Part shown: positions 1 through 10,782 of the stretch, in pieces | Position numbering within the stretch: position 1 is the first letter of the stretch | Layout of the letters: every line of letters starts with the position of its first letter | IMG/VR virus record: IMGVR_UViG_3300028423_000861 | Coordinates: 1-64,000 of that record | DNA from: a virus | Length of the DNA stretch: 64,000 nucleotides | Direction: 5' to 3' (one strand) | The notes under the pieces: model-generated | Databases searched by the model: none | What the model was told of the DNA's origin: nothing | What the model saw: the letters and a program-made list of their open reading frames with translations, nothing else | Made by a program: the position numbers and the translations under genes

Positions 1-177
1 ATTTGCTTCTAGTGTGGCTTTTTCCTGCACAAGGTAATCATTCCTTTGTTGTAGATTGTCTACATAACGATAAGCCGCATAAATGCTACCTCCTATTGCT
101 GCAAACAATGCAAGAAATGCAATGATACGGAACCATCTGATTCCACCTGAGAAAAAGCCAGATAATGTTGAAATCAT
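1..177 (-). CDS. Partial ORF (runs off window): N-terminal TM helix plus coiled coil, possible i-spanin
   Basis: Manual translation [59 protein letters not shown]; ATG overlaps the infA stop (ATGA). Confidence 0.45.
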   Translation of the reverse strand, partial: MISTLSGFFSGGIRWFRIIAFLALFAAIGGSIYAAYRYVDNLQQRNDYLVQEKATLEAN

Positions 178-395
178 TTTTTGTGCCTATATGTAATGCG
201 TCCTTTTGAGAGATCGTATGGAGTTAATTCTACGTCTACTCGGTCTCCAAGCAAGATGTTGATATTAAATTTTCGAATCTTGCCGCTTATAATGCCTAGA
301 ATTTCGTGGTTGTTTTCCAACTTAATACGAAAAGTTGCGTTGGGCAGGCATTCAATTACTTCACCTTGAATTACAATTGATTCTTCTTTGGGCAT
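174..395 (-). CDS. infA: Translation initiation factor IF-1
   Basis: [31 protein letters not shown]...ISGKIR...[16 protein letters not shown] is the IF-1 signature. Confidence 0.97.
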   Translation of the reverse strand: MPKEESIVIQGEVIECLPNATFRIKLENNHEILGIISGKIRKFNINILLGDRVDVELTPYDLSKGRITYRHKK

Positions 396-403
396 ATGTT
401 TTA

Positions 404-1396
404 TTATTTTCCTAAATACTGTTTACGATATTCGTAACGACTGTCTGTGATGTCACGACGGAAATTTTCTCTATCAAATTTAACTTCTTTTTTGACGTTG
501 AATGCTCGATATGTCCACTCGCCATCATCTCGACTGGTGATTTGATCAACGCTATTTAGCATGTCCTGGATCTTTTCAAATAGTTCAGTGTCACGTTGAA
601 ATTCAACAAACACTTTCCATGAACCATCTTCATCCGGGGCACCTGCTACTTCAACATCAAGATGTTCTACTGATCCTGTTTCAATGAAATTTGCCAAGTC
701 TTTGGCAGGGTCTTCATATGTCACGTCAAATGCCACAACAACAGTGTCCTCTTCAGACCCAATTTTAGGTTTGTGTAAATCGATCATGATATTGCTTGAT
801 ACTAGCCCTTTGAGATCTTCGAAAGAAACACCTTCACTGATCCTGGTTCTGCTTTCTCTAATGTTTGTATCTTGGTCGTCTTCGGCATCTCTTGCATTTC
901 TATCTACATCTAGCCCCTGATCATACGCATCAATAACATCATCAAGATCAATTTCATCAGCAATTGAACTGATTTTCTTAACATTGTAATCAGTAAGAAG
1001 GTGGCGAGGCATTACAATTTTGACCACGTATACATTGGTAGTAGACGTGTCAGGAACACGAGTGTTTCTTTCTGGACTTTGAACAAGATCATCTGGTGTT
1101 TTAATTTTGACATTACTGGTCAATTTTTCTTTCTGAAAGAACACATAGCAACCATGTTTAATCAAACGCTCAGAAGCAATGGGATTGGGCATGTGCTTTT
1201 CCGGATACATTAGATAAACCTCAACCCAGTATTTGCTGATTATAGGTCCTTTGATCACTTCTCCTTTGATCCAATTTTCATATGCATAGATATGAAGATC
1301 ATCAAGGATACCTTCGAATTCGATAAGGACGTCTAGAGTATTTTTGTTTTTCTTGATATTGCTAATAGTAGAAGCAATTTCATTGATATCAATCAT
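404..1396 (-). CDS. Hypothetical phage protein (330 aa)
   Basis: Long acidic ORF preceded by late-type ATAAATA motif at ~1420. Confidence 0.8.
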   Translation of the reverse strand: MIDINEIASTISNIKKNKNTLDVLIEFEGILDDLHIYAYENWIKGEVIKGPIISKYWVEVYLMYPEKHMPNPIASERLIKHGCYVFFQKEKLTSNVKIKTPDDLVQSPERNTRVPDTSTTNVYVVKIVMPRHLLTDYNVKKISSIADEIDLDDVIDAYDQGLDVDRNARDAEDDQDTNIRESRTRISEGVSFEDLKGLVSSNIMIDLHKPKIGSEEDTVVVAFDVTYEDPAKDLANFIETGSVEHLDVEVAGAPDEDGSWKVFVEFQRDTELFEKIQDMLNSVDQITSRDDGEWTYRAFNVKKEVKFDRENFRRDITDSRYEYRKQYLGK

Positions 1397-1532
1397 GCGA
1401 AAATCCTGTATGCTTACTCTTATTTATGCTCTCTAGCGAGATCATATATCTGTGCAAATTTATACAAAGCTCGCTAAATATTTGCGTGGACAGTTGGACG
1501 GCTTTGCGCCAACCAACAGGGAGACATAACAA

Positions 1533-2264
1533 GTGTCAAAAAAATCTAGAAGAGCTCGTAAGGCTCAATACAACGAACAACAGAATCAAGTGATTGATTT
1601 TAGTCAGTTCAAAAAGCGAGCAACAAGGGTAAACATTCTACCTAAAAACATAGCACAAGAAGATTATCTCGCGCTTCTTGACAACCCACAAAAAGATATT
1701 GTATTTGCAACAGGTCCTGCAGGAACAGGAAAAACCATGATAGCGGTTCTTGCTGCAATACGCGCTCTTAAACAGGGCGTTGTGGAAAAAATCGTGGTGA
1801 CACGTCCCGCAGTGAGCGTCGACGAACAACACGGTTTTCTTCCTGGGTCATTGGTAGAAAAAATGGCACCTTGGACAAGACCTATTTTCGATGTATTCGA
1901 AGAGTATTATTCTCCTCGTGAAATTGAAGCGATGATCGCGGAGAACATTATTGAAATTGCGCCGCTTGCATTCATGCGAGGACGCACATTCAAAAACGCT
2001 TGGATTATTGCTGATGAAATGCAAAATGCAACACCCAATCAAATGAAAATGTTGCTTACACGCATTGGCGAAGGAAGCCGTATTATTGTTACAGGCGACC
2101 TTGCACAGCATGATCGTGGTTATGATAACAACGGATTGAAAGATTTTGTCCGTCGTATCAGCGAAGATAACCAAAGAATCGGCGCCGTGGAATTTGAACA
2201 GGGCGACGTGGAAAGACATCCCGCTGTAAAGGAGGTATTGGAAATTTATGGTGGCGAGACTTAA
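1533..2264 (+). CDS. phoH: PhoH family ATPase
   Basis: GPAGTGKT, TRPAV, GFLPG, APLAFMRGRTF, DEMQN, TRIGEGS, GDLAQHD motifs. Confidence 0.97.
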   Translation: MSKKSRRARKAQYNEQQNQVIDFSQFKKRATRVNILPKNIAQEDYLALLDNPQKDIVFATGPAGTGKTMIAVLAAIRALKQGVVEKIVVTRPAVSVDEQHGFLPGSLVEKMAPWTRPIFDVFEEYYSPREIEAMIAENIIEIAPLAFMRGRTFKNAWIIADEMQNATPNQMKMLLTRIGEGSRIIVTGDLAQHDRGYDNNGLKDFVRRISEDNQRIGAVEFEQGDVERHPAVKEVLEIYGGET

Positions 2265-2267
2265 TCG

Positions 2268-2843
2268 TTAGCCAAGAATCATTTCGCAAATCTGATTCCA
2301 ATTGTCCACACACACTAAATTATCACGGTCACTATCCTGGTTATAACGGTGATTCATCAAAATTGATTTCAAGCCCAGCTCGTGTCCTACTCGTGCATTA
2401 TATGCCTTGTCTTCAATCCAATATAAACCAGAGTTAGCATAAGGCTGCAATGATTTTTCTTTTGTTGCCGTGAGTGGCAGCACCGTGAGATCTACAAAGG
2501 CTTCAGTTCCAAAGACACGTTCAAGATTTAACATCCTGAGCTCTTCGCTATAAGGGTCCTGTCCCATGGATGTAATAGCATGGAATCGATATCCTTGATC
2601 AACCAGACGAGCTACGCCAGACCGCGCATCGCGCAATGGCGGCAAACCCAACATCCAACTTGAACCATTATATTCAGTTACATGTCGTTTAGCTTCATCT
2701 TCAGTCATGCCATGGTAGTGTTCGTTCAACCAATAACTGTTGCTCTGGATTCTATCATGACCACGAGATTTCATCCAGGCATGAAATTGATTTTCCCAGT
2801 CGAGAAGAACACCATCAACGTCAGTTAAGATTAACTTTTTCAA
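2268..2843 (-). CDS. HAD-family 5'(3')-nucleotidase
   Basis: DVDGVL motif I, ITS motif II, WIEDK motif IV; TTG start. Confidence 0.85.
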   Translation of the reverse strand: MKKLILTDVDGVLLDWENQFHAWMKSRGHDRIQSNSYWLNEHYHGMTEDEAKRHVTEYNGSSWMLGLPPLRDARSGVARLVDQGYRFHAITSMGQDPYSEELRMLNLERVFGTEAFVDLTVLPLTATKEKSLQPYANSGLYWIEDKAYNARVGHELGLKSILMNHRYNQDSDRDNLVCVDNWNQICEMILG

Positions 2844-2992
2844 TTTGTCCCAATTCCAAGTCGATCTGATCGTTTAAAAAATCATTGACTGTATCAATTC
2901 CGACCTTTTCAATTTTTTCACCAGACACAGTTTCAACATAATCACGAATTAAAGGCTCTAAATCTTCGATGCAGTTATAATGAATGTGCTTT

Positions 2993-3244
2993 CTATTCTT
3001 GCTCATCTTGAATAATGTTCTCCCAACGAAAACTGCGCCACGCACCTTTATCAACGTCCCAGACACTTTGAACGGCAGGATTTTCTTTGCGCGTTTGTTT
3101 GTAGTTGCTTTCTTCCTTTTGTGGAAGATATTGTTCGTTAAGTGTGCAACGCATGTCTCTACGCTCACCATTCACTTTGGTAAAGCTCACAGTGGTTACA
3201 CCTTCATGAAGTTCTTTAAGAATTTTTTCTTTCATTTCAGTCAT
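2993..3244 (-). CDS. WYL_2 / Sm-like SH3-barrel small protein
   Basis: VSFTKVNGERRDMRCTL...VWDVDKGAWRSFRWE pattern typical of T4-like WYL_2 proteins; ends in TAG. Confidence 0.8.
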   Translation of the reverse strand: MTEMKEKILKELHEGVTTVSFTKVNGERRDMRCTLNEQYLPQKEESNYKQTRKENPAVQSVWDVDKGAWRSFRWENIIQDEQE

Positions 3245-3681
3245 ATATTACTCGATAATTTTCTCATTGTCAATGATTGGTAGTATGAATCCATGTATTC
3301 ATAAGGATCCATGGAATGGTGTCCAAAGCATCTAATGTATATTATGAAACTAATTGATTGACTGTCGTAAAAAGAATCGAATTCTAACTCGAAATAATCA
3401 TTATTTTCTATTGCCCATTCTTCAATAGGATCATCTGGCCAAGTTGGAAATAAATCATTCATAATATGAGAAGAACATTTACTATAAACCTGATTCATTT
3501 GTTCTACTAGTTTTTTAATATACTGCATTGAACTTATATTATAGGGATTTATAGATTCTTGGTATTCTCCCCAATTGATATGGCCGAGATGATTTTGGTT
3601 TACAAACAGATGACATCTATTTGTATTGTATGGATCGATTAGCAATTGGTCATTGTATAATCGAGATCCTAAGAATTTCAT
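3241..3681 (-). CDS. Hypothetical, member of C-terminal MxKL family
   Basis: ATGA-coupled ORF; ends YYQSLTMRKLSSNI. Confidence 0.65.
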   Translation of the reverse strand: MKFLGSRLYNDQLLIDPYNTNRCHLFVNQNHLGHINWGEYQESINPYNISSMQYIKKLVEQMNQVYSKCSSHIMNDLFPTWPDDPIEEWAIENNDYFELEFDSFYDSQSISFIIYIRCFGHHSMDPYEYMDSYYQSLTMRKLSSNI

Positions 3682-4229
3682 TCATACATTCCAAGTTTTG
3701 TAAGCACAAATGCTTCACCCCAAGCCTTTTCATACTCTTCTGGCGAAATATTGTCAATAGGGGCTTTTACTGTAAGAAGTAGAGCATAATCCAAGTGACC
3801 ATTGTCGCTGCCAGTAAACCATTGTCCGGTCATCCAATGTTTATCATGAACACTGTCTAGCCATTCTTCATGCGGACCAGTCGGCCACATATGAGAAACA
3901 CGTTGTCCAATAGGAACATGCTGTTTATCCATTGTGTAGTCTTTTATGGATTCGCAAAGACGATCCATATATTTGTCAGTTTCCTGAACTGTGGGAGATT
4001 TTCCGATTTCAGCAGCGGCTACTTCTTCAACCAGTGTTTTGGGTATGCGTTGTTTGATCTTAAAGATAGTAGAAACGTGCTTCTTCCCTCGTTCATCCAA
4101 TTCAATTGTTGGATGAGAATAATGTATACGTTGACCAGACATGGAATATACGAACAAGCTACTCCACAATTGGTTGATGTTTGGCTTTGTGTCGTTCTTT
4201 CTGACTGAATTTGCTAGATTCAACGACAC
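3678..4229 (-). CDS. Hypothetical, member of C-terminal MxKL family
   Basis: Ends WGEAFVLTKLGMYE. Confidence 0.65.
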   Translation of the reverse strand: MSLNLANSVRKNDTKPNINQLWSSLFVYSMSGQRIHYSHPTIELDERGKKHVSTIFKIKQRIPKTLVEEVAAAEIGKSPTVQETDKYMDRLCESIKDYTMDKQHVPIGQRVSHMWPTGPHEEWLDSVHDKHWMTGQWFTGSDNGHLDYALLLTVKAPIDNISPEEYEKAWGEAFVLTKLGMYE

Positions 4230-4544
4230 CCCCTCAATGTTAGCTTTCCGCTACCATATCTTCTCGGATAGTTAGGATGAGGACTGTTTTCAACAATACT
4301 TCTCATTTCATGATCAACTACTGGAACGCAAACATATTTTTGATTATATGTTTCGCTGCGCCCGTTGTTACGTTCACAGCTCAAAACCCGCAAACATTCA
4401 CTATGGCTAATATGCCAGCTCATTTCTCGAGTGCTAGTGACCTCATGGCTTACCGCATTATAGCCAAGCAAGACCAACATGTATACAAGACCGGAACCAC
4501 TCATCATAGATCTCCTCTCTGGTTTCCAATCTTATAATAAACGA

Positions 4545-5009
4545 TTATTTCTCTTTGTCAAATACATCGAACATGCTTGTATCAATACCACCCAGCTTCA
4601 TCATGGTAAGAAACTCATTATACTGTTCACGCAAGGACTGATTTTCTTCTAGAATTTTTCTTGCATGTTCAGTCTTTAAATCCAATGACGTTAATTTGTA
4701 TGACATTTTATCACACGCATTCGAAAAATGTTTTACCTTATCATTTAGTTTTGATATTTCATCCTTTGATGACGCTAGAGATTCTGCCGTGTCCTGGTCA
4801 ACTTGTAAAATCCATTCAGAATCATATTCATAATATGTTTCATATGATGATGAGTGATCGAATCGAACATCCTGGCTTCTATTTTTGATATAGATATCTT
4901 TAACAGTTATATTATGATGTTCTAATTTATTTCGTATATGTCTGATTACATAATCAAATTCATATTCCCTCTCGGGCCCATCCACATAACTGGAAATTCT
5001 ATAAGGCAT
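4545..5009 (-). CDS. Hypothetical coiled-coil protein, MxKL family
   Basis: Ends LREQYNEFLTMMKLGG... Confidence 0.65.
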   Translation of the reverse strand: MPYRISSYVDGPEREYEFDYVIRHIRNKLEHHNITVKDIYIKNRSQDVRFDHSSSYETYYEYDSEWILQVDQDTAESLASSKDEISKLNDKVKHFSNACDKMSYKLTSLDLKTEHARKILEENQSLREQYNEFLTMMKLGGIDTSMFDVFDKEK

Positions 5010-5932
5010 CAGATATTCTCCAACTCAATCATCGTTGCTGCTAGATTGATCTCAGGATCGGCAACTTGTGTGTGTTTAACCATGCCATTACGTATGATCA
5101 CAATTGCGGCATCTTGATCTTCGTCACTCGAACCAAAAAAATCAAGGTTACGATAGAGGAATTTATAAATGTCATCAAAATCTTCAGGAGTAGCATTGTC
5201 ACAAATAACTTGCCGTGCCTCGCGCAGTTTGTTTTCACGAAACAAACCAACCATTTGCAAACGCCAGTCACTTGCAAGATCGTCACTGGCATCAGGAGGA
5301 GCCAAACGACCATCCGTAACATTCTGTTGCACACTATTGATGGTTTTGCGGAGGTCTGGATAGGTAGCTCGAACATAGCTATCAATGGTGTCTAAATCGA
5401 CTTCCACGCCCTCTTCGAGAAGTATCTCTGCTACTCTTGTAGTAAAATCTGTTTGATCCTGGTTAGTAATATGAAATTCTTGTAGACGGCTCTTAACGGC
5501 CGGAATGATTCTGTTCACATAATTGCATGTAAGGATAAATCTCACAACACTGTGATATTCCTCCATAACACCACGCAGTGCTGCTTGGCCGTTAGGTGTA
5601 ATATAGTCTGCCTCGTCAAGCAAAATAATTTTGAACTCACCCCAGGGCATTGTGCTGGCAAAGCGGGTAATACGATCACGGATAAGTTCAACACCATTGT
5701 CCCTACTTGCGTTAATGTAAAGAACATCAGCGTCTTCTACACCCAGGTCGTTAATCAAAACTTTTGCGAGCGTGGTTTTGCCTGTGCCAGCACTACCATG
5801 AAATAACAGATGCGGGATACTCCCGTCTGAAATCCATTGCTCTACTTGCTTGCGCTGTCTCTCGTCCTTGAAGACGTATTCTGAGAGTGTCTTAGGGCGA
5901 TACTTCTCAACCCATAGGTGTGATGCTGCCAT
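5009..5932 (-). CDS. Sliding clamp loader subunit (T4 gp44 / RFC small subunit-like)
   Basis: LWVEKYRP, PHLLFHGSAGTGKTT, INAS, ILLDEAD, QAALR, FILTCNY, SRL motifs; start taken at MAASHLW. Confidence 0.95.
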   Translation of the reverse strand: MAASHLWVEKYRPKTLSEYVFKDERQRKQVEQWISDGSIPHLLFHGSAGTGKTTLAKVLINDLGVEDADVLYINASRDNGVELIRDRITRFASTMPWGEFKIILLDEADYITPNGQAALRGVMEEYHSVVRFILTCNYVNRIIPAVKSRLQEFHITNQDQTDFTTRVAEILLEEGVEVDLDTIDSYVRATYPDLRKTINSVQQNVTDGRLAPPDASDDLASDWRLQMVGLFRENKLREARQVICDNATPEDFDDIYKFLYRNLDFFGSSDEDQDAAIVIIRNGMVKHTQVADPEINLAATMIELENI

Positions 5933-6096
5933 GTTATTCCTTGCTGTGTTTCTTTTCCCAGAACTCATCATTTGTGAGCTTGGTCATGTTTGCTATGCGT
6001 TCTTCATTTTCAAGACGGCGTTTTCTTGCCTGCCGAATACCCCACCAGAAATATAGTTTCCAGAATACACGTTTGGTCTTGAGCCAGTCAAGAATT

Positions 6097-6327
6097 TTAT
6101 TTTTCCATGAGTTTATGAAAGGGTGCGATGTCATTATCGTATATTTGTGCCATTTGATTCCAGAGAGACTGACGCTGCTCGTCTGTCATGCCAAACCCGG
6201 AAAAATCATTATTAACGGGTGCTCCAAAATCGTGCCGCCATGTATAACACATAGAAGTAATAATGTCTTCTCGTGTGCGGGGAGGTTTATTTAATTGGGC
6301 TGTCATCACTTGTTCCCAGGATGTCAT
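6097..6327 (-). CDS. Hypothetical protein
   Basis: Compact ORF (TREDIITSMCYTWRHDFG...) in operon. Confidence 0.6.
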   Translation of the reverse strand: MTSWEQVMTAQLNKPPRTREDIITSMCYTWRHDFGAPVNNDFSGFGMTDEQRQSLWNQMAQIYDNDIAPFHKLMEK

Positions 6328-6601
6328 CGTGATCTACCAGGAAAAGTTTGTCTTCTTCACGCATTGAGCCATCCATGTCGATACCACGACTCCAACGTCC
6401 GTGTGGCAACAAGATATATTGTCCCACACTAATTTGGTCTTGGTCTGGACCAACATGTGTTACTTCAAACCAACGTGGGCGAATTGCTGATTCACCAAAA
6501 TCATCTTCTTTCATGATCACGCCGCCTTGTGACTTGCGTTCCATGCCCACGGGTTCTAACATACGGCCAATAACTTTATCACGTAGTGGTTTAAGTGTCA
6601 T
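6287..6601 (-). CDS. groES: Co-chaperonin GroES-like
   Basis: LKPLRDKVI...KSQGGVIM...VTHVGP...VGQYIL...DILG pattern. Confidence 0.85.
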   Translation of the reverse strand: MTLKPLRDKVIGRMLEPVGMERKSQGGVIMKEDDFGESAIRPRWFEVTHVGPDQDQISVGQYILLPHGRWSRGIDMDGSMREEDKLFLVDHDDILGTSDDSPIK

Positions 6602-6996
6602 TAGAGATCCTTTACATCCATGCTTCCATCATCGTATTCGATTTCGATATATTTTGTTCCATTATCACGAACTTTGGTATCGCGACGAATTTCCTTGGGT
6701 TCGAGCCCAGACGCTTCAACCTGCTCACGACGTTCTGCTTTTTTCTTTTCTTCTTTATCTTCTCGTGGTGCACCAGGTGCTTCACTTAGCTTCTTTTTTT
6801 CTGGTGCTGTTTTGGTGTCATGCACTTGTCGTGACCTTGCCTGCACAGTTTCCTTTACATTTCCGCTGCTATCAAGGCGGTCTCCGCGGGCATTCATTTT
6901 GATATTGCCAGGAGATACTGCTTGACGTTCTTCGTTTGCTTTTGCGAGCGCAGACATATCGATTACTCTGCCTTTTGCTGTTTTTACTTGCTTCAT
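6601..6996 (-). CDS. Hypothetical phage protein
   Basis: KTAKGRVIDMSAL...GNIKMNARGD; coupled to groES. Confidence 0.75.
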   Translation of the reverse strand: MKQVKTAKGRVIDMSALAKANEERQAVSPGNIKMNARGDRLDSSGNVKETVQARSRQVHDTKTAPEKKKLSEAPGAPREDKEEKKKAERREQVEASGLEPKEIRRDTKVRDNGTKYIEIEYDDGSMDVKDL

Positions 6997-7505
6997 TTAA
7001 GAAATTCCTTGATGTCTAAATCATACAACAGTGAGTCTACTTTGTGTATCCCAATTAAATACAACACATATGAACTAACACTACTCCCACGACCTACTCC
7101 CCATATTTTATTATGCTCCCGCATTGTATCCACAAAATATGTAAGCCATTTGAGAACAATGAGCATGTCGCGGTTATTAAATTCATCTAGCTCATATAAA
7201 ACTCTGTTTTTCTGTTGATCTGTTTTGCATTTACTTAGCAGATAACTCTTGACATCTAAATTTTGATATTCTTCTGGCAAACGCCAGTCTGATAAGTTAT
7301 CGCGTATAAATTGTTCTTGCTCTTTGTGGCTTTCGGTCGACCATTCTATTACAAATGGAAGTCCAAACTCTTTACAATTCTTATTGAATTGGTCGACCCA
7401 GCCCGACTCGTCTACTACGAGATTATTCACTTCATCACCTTTATATAGAATATCGATCATGTCGTCTTCTGTAATAACGACCTGATGTAATTCATTGGTC
7501 TTCAT
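6993..7505 (-). CDS. Stand-alone DNA polymerase III alpha (DnaE) fragment
   Basis: RVLYEL...WGVGRGSSVSSYVLYLIGIHKVD resembles the DnaE GPGRGS..GS.V.Y.LGIT.VDP motif. Confidence 0.85.
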   Translation of the reverse strand: MKTNELHQVVITEDDMIDILYKGDEVNNLVVDESGWVDQFNKNCKEFGLPFVIEWSTESHKEQEQFIRDNLSDWRLPEEYQNLDVKSYLLSKCKTDQQKNRVLYELDEFNNRDMLIVLKWLTYFVDTMREHNKIWGVGRGSSVSSYVLYLIGIHKVDSLLYDLDIKEFLK

Positions 7506-7726
7506 ACGATCCAGTCTTCTCCATCTTGCTCATCGCTCTCACGATATCTTTTAAGTTCTGTCTCAGTATACAAATCAACCTGAACTTCTTCAATCATACG
7601 CTCTAGCTGATCAATAATATGCATACCGACACCTGCATTGTATGCTGCGAGTCGCTTCTTGTTGAGCATTTCGAGTTTTTCTTGCAACTCTTGTAAGTGT
7701 GTCTTTTTGGGCTGTTTTTTTACCAT
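7502..7726 (-). CDS. Hypothetical coiled-coil protein
   Basis: Start taken at MVKKQ, downstream of a TTGACT promoter-like site. Confidence 0.6.
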   Translation of the reverse strand: MVKKQPKKTHLQELQEKLEMLNKKRLAAYNAGVGMHIIDQLERMIEEVQVDLYTETELKRYRESDEQDGEDWIV

Positions 7727-7771
7727 AATCTGATATATACTTATACAATAAAAATAACAAGGAGTCAAGAT

Positions 7772-7918
7772 ATGGCTAAGAAAGTCAATGACTTAGCTGA
7801 GAAGATTGTAAAAACACGCAGGAAGCTTCTTAAAGCATGTGTTCGTCAAGACGAAAAGAAGATGATCAAATTGCAGCACAAGCTTCTCAAGCTAAATCTC
7901 AAAGCGAATCAAGACTAA
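7772..7918 (+). CDS. Small basic protein
   Basis: GGAG RBS then MAKKVNDLAEKIVKTRRKLLKACV... Confidence 0.55.
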   Translation: MAKKVNDLAEKIVKTRRKLLKACVRQDEKKMIKLQHKLLKLNLKANQD

Positions 7919-8316
7919 ACGTCATCTTCAGCTCGATTTTCACTGCGTTCTACAGAAAACCCTCCGGGATATCTAGCTTGCAATTTTTCGACATTTGCTT
8001 TGATCACTTCATTAGGGTCAAGGCCCAGGCTCTGACAGCCCATAATCCAATAAAATACAATATCACCTAATTCTTTCTTGAGATGTTCTCTTATTTCGTC
8101 TGTCATGGGCTTGCCGTGCCAGTTTAATTTTTTATTGAGCTCTGCAAATTCACCAGCCTCTCCAGCAAGACCGGTTGCTGCGGTATTAAAAAGTGCGGGA
8201 TTTATGCCTTCATTTTGGAGTTCGTTTAAACGATTAACCCAAATATCTAGGTTTTTACTTGTTTCGCTCGTAACGCTATCTACGAAATGGTCGTAAAGTG
8301 ATAAATCTGCCGTCAT
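7915..8316 (-). CDS. MazG-like NTP pyrophosphohydrolase
   Basis: GLAGEAGEFAE..KK, KELGDI, NVEKL.ARYP; ends in TAG. Confidence 0.92.
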   Translation of the reverse strand: MTADLSLYDHFVDSVTSETSKNLDIWVNRLNELQNEGINPALFNTAATGLAGEAGEFAELNKKLNWHGKPMTDEIREHLKKELGDIVFYWIMGCQSLGLDPNEVIKANVEKLQARYPGGFSVERSENRAEDDV

Positions 8317-8328
8317 GTTTTCCTCTTA

Positions 8329-8679
8329 TTAAAAATTTATTGAAACACCACATCCACAGCCTGCTTTGGCCATTGGATTATTAACTTCAATGTGGCTACC
8401 TGTGATGTCTGTTAGATAGTCTACATGCGATCCTACAAGGAACATTAGACTCGCGCCGTCCACGGCGAATGTGAAATCATCATATTCAGTGATTTCATCG
8501 TCTTGGTATAGTGCATCTCGATCGTCTAGTATATCCCAAGCATATTGGAAACCAGCACAACCGCCCCCTTCTACACCAAATTTTACAATTTTTCCTTTGG
8601 CAATATTTGCAAAGTGCTGTATTGCCGCGTCACTCATCACCACCGGTTGGCTATCGGCGGGCATCGTGAAGTCTGTCAT
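8329..8679 (-). CDS. iscA: Fe-S cluster A-type carrier (IscA/HesB/ErpA)
   Basis: GGGCAGFQY and C-terminal NP.AKAGCGCGVS. Confidence 0.93.
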   Translation of the reverse strand: MTDFTMPADSQPVVMSDAAIQHFANIAKGKIVKFGVEGGGCAGFQYAWDILDDRDALYQDDEITEYDDFTFAVDGASLMFLVGSHVDYLTDITGSHIEVNNPMAKAGCGCGVSINF

Positions 8680-9013
8680 TTATATTTCTACTCCCCTGTG
8701 TATTCTTGTTGCAGCTCTAAATATTGAGTAATCAATTCTTTCTTTTCGGTTTTGATGTCAAGATCGACACCGAATATTTCAACTGCTTTTTCACAGATTT
8801 TTTTCTTGGTCATGTTATTCAAAGTTCTTCTTGATTCAAGAGGTTTCTTGTTGATTGTTCGAGGACGAGGTTTAACAATTAGTTCGCTCGTCTTTTCTTC
8901 AATCATTTCAAGATCGTCAAGTTCGTTTTGACTACCACTTGCCATAATTACCTTATCACCAATGACCATGAACGCCTTCTCGAGTTGTTCAAATACCACT
9001 GTTCCTGCCCCGC

Positions 9014-9313
9014 TTACAAAAGGCCCAACTCTAACTTTCCTTCTTCGGATATCTTGTCCGGGCCCCATTCCGGTTGGAATGTTATTTCAACTTCGACATC
9101 TTCCGCTCCGGCCGCTTCACAAACTGACGTGACATCGCTAATAATCATATCAGCAGCAGGACAGAACGGACTGGTCAAAGTCATAAGGATTTCTACGTTG
9201 TCCCCTTCTTTAACGGTGATATCATAGATCAATCCAAGATCATAGATATTGACGCTGATTTCAGGATCGTATACTTCCTTAAGTCTATTTATGAGATCGT
9301 CTTTAGTCACCAT
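9014..9313 (-). CDS. DUF59/MIP18 (SufT-like) Fe-S assembly protein
   Basis: VYDPEISVNIYDLGLIY, MTLTSPFCP, FQPEW. Confidence 0.92.
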   Translation of the reverse strand: MVTKDDLINRLKEVYDPEISVNIYDLGLIYDITVKEGDNVEILMTLTSPFCPAADMIISDVTSVCEAAGAEDVEVEITFQPEWGPDKISEEGKLELGLL

Positions 9314-10289
9314 GATAATGTAATTTGAGCATGGTATAATGCTCTTCATCCTTTATTCTGATTTTAGTTCTGTTGTCCGTGCTAGACGGAGGGTGTATCC
9401 ACCTGTTATTTTCAAATTTTGGGTATCCTTCATAATCACTGAATATATAATCTATTCTGTGTGTTAGTCCTAATTCAGTGGATAGTTTTTCTGCAATTCG
9501 TTCCCTAAGAACAAATCCCATTGTAGAAAATAAGTCATTAGCACTACTTGATAACATCTCGGAACAAAAATATTCAAAAACAATTACACGATCGAATCCC
9601 TCTCCAGATTTTTCGATCCATGTACTCTCGATTTTTAAATCAATTTTTTCGTATTCGGATGTCAACTATAAATCATCTTAATAATTGCTGATCTTTCAGC
9701 ATCAAATACAAATAGCCCAAATGAAAGTTTAAGGAAAGAAATTTCAAAATAGGCAGGTATAGTTAATTGCACATATTTTGCAACATCATGTCCTATGTCT
9801 TCTTCTAATGTATCTAATATAAATTTTTTCTGATCCAGTGAATGGTATGGAAATATTGCATTGCATAGAACCAACATTGAATACTCATCATACTTGCCAC
9901 GCAAGGTCGTATCATACCTGTTATGGTTGGTTATAAGAAAATTCCTGTCCCTCATAGGCAATCTTAAATAGCGTCAAGCTTTCCTGGTCTGGAAAGCAAA
10001 TAATATATTCAATGCTATTTAACAGATTTGGTCTCACACTTACCAAGATGCCGAGCTGCTCTTTAAGTTGTTTTTCAATTAGACAAGGAACACGCAATTG
10101 TTCCTTGTCCTTGTATTGATTGCCAATTTTTGCAATAATTTCTTCGTCAATTTCAGAAGTTAAGAAGTCTTTTGAGAGAAACATACTCGTGATTCTGATT
10201 GAAACTTGATTCTCTTCCAAATAACGATTTGTTTTATTAGTATCTAGAAGTTCAAAGTTTGCAGTCAATCTGTTTTCATCATCACTCAA
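9303..10289 (-). CDS. Three small AT-rich hypothetical ORFs (9303-9665, 9662-9961, 9921-~10289), MxKL family
   Basis: C-termini DEEHYTMLKLHY, AERSAIIKMIYS, DQESLTLFKIAY. Confidence 0.6.
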
Positions 10290-10782
10290 AAAGATTTTCC
10301 TTCCATTCTCTATGACCTTCGCGATAGGCCATGTTACTCTGTGTTTCGCGAACTTCAACACGGAAGCACCATAGACGCTCGGCTTCGCTAGGACCCCAAT
10401 AGTCGGGAATATATACGCCGTTGACATACTTGTAAAGCATATCAGCAAGACCTTCGCAGCCGAGTTTAGGCAACACTGTGAGTTTTGCTAGCTTTTTTTG
10501 TTCGAGTAGTTGGAAAGTTTCAAATTCTGGATCATCTTCTGCTACAAGTAGAGTATGATCGAATTGATCTTTGAGAACACTTTTAAGCTCTTTAAGACCT
10601 CCGTAATCGGCTACCCAGTTTCGAATATCCAAGTCGTTTGTGCCAAAGTGAAACTTCATGCTAAAACTATAGCCATGGATTAGATTACAGTGACTATCGG
10701 CTCTCCATTGACGATACGCACACGGAAACTCGTCGTGGTATTCTTTAGTGCTAACGTATTTGTATGTTACTGGTTGGTTCAT
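10282..10782 (-). CDS. queD: 6-carboxytetrahydropterin synthase (QueD/PTPS)
   Basis: HCNLIHGYS, DYGGLK, FDHTLL, GCEGLA, VEVRET; start taken at MNQPV. Confidence 0.92.
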   Translation of the reverse strand: MNQPVTYKYVSTKEYHDEFPCAYRQWRADSHCNLIHGYSFSMKFHFGTNDLDIRNWVADYGGLKELKSVLKDQFDHTLLVAEDDPEFETFQLLEQKKLAKLTVLPKLGCEGLADMLYKYVNGVYIPDYWGPSEAERLWCFRVEVRETQSNMAYREGHREWKENLFE

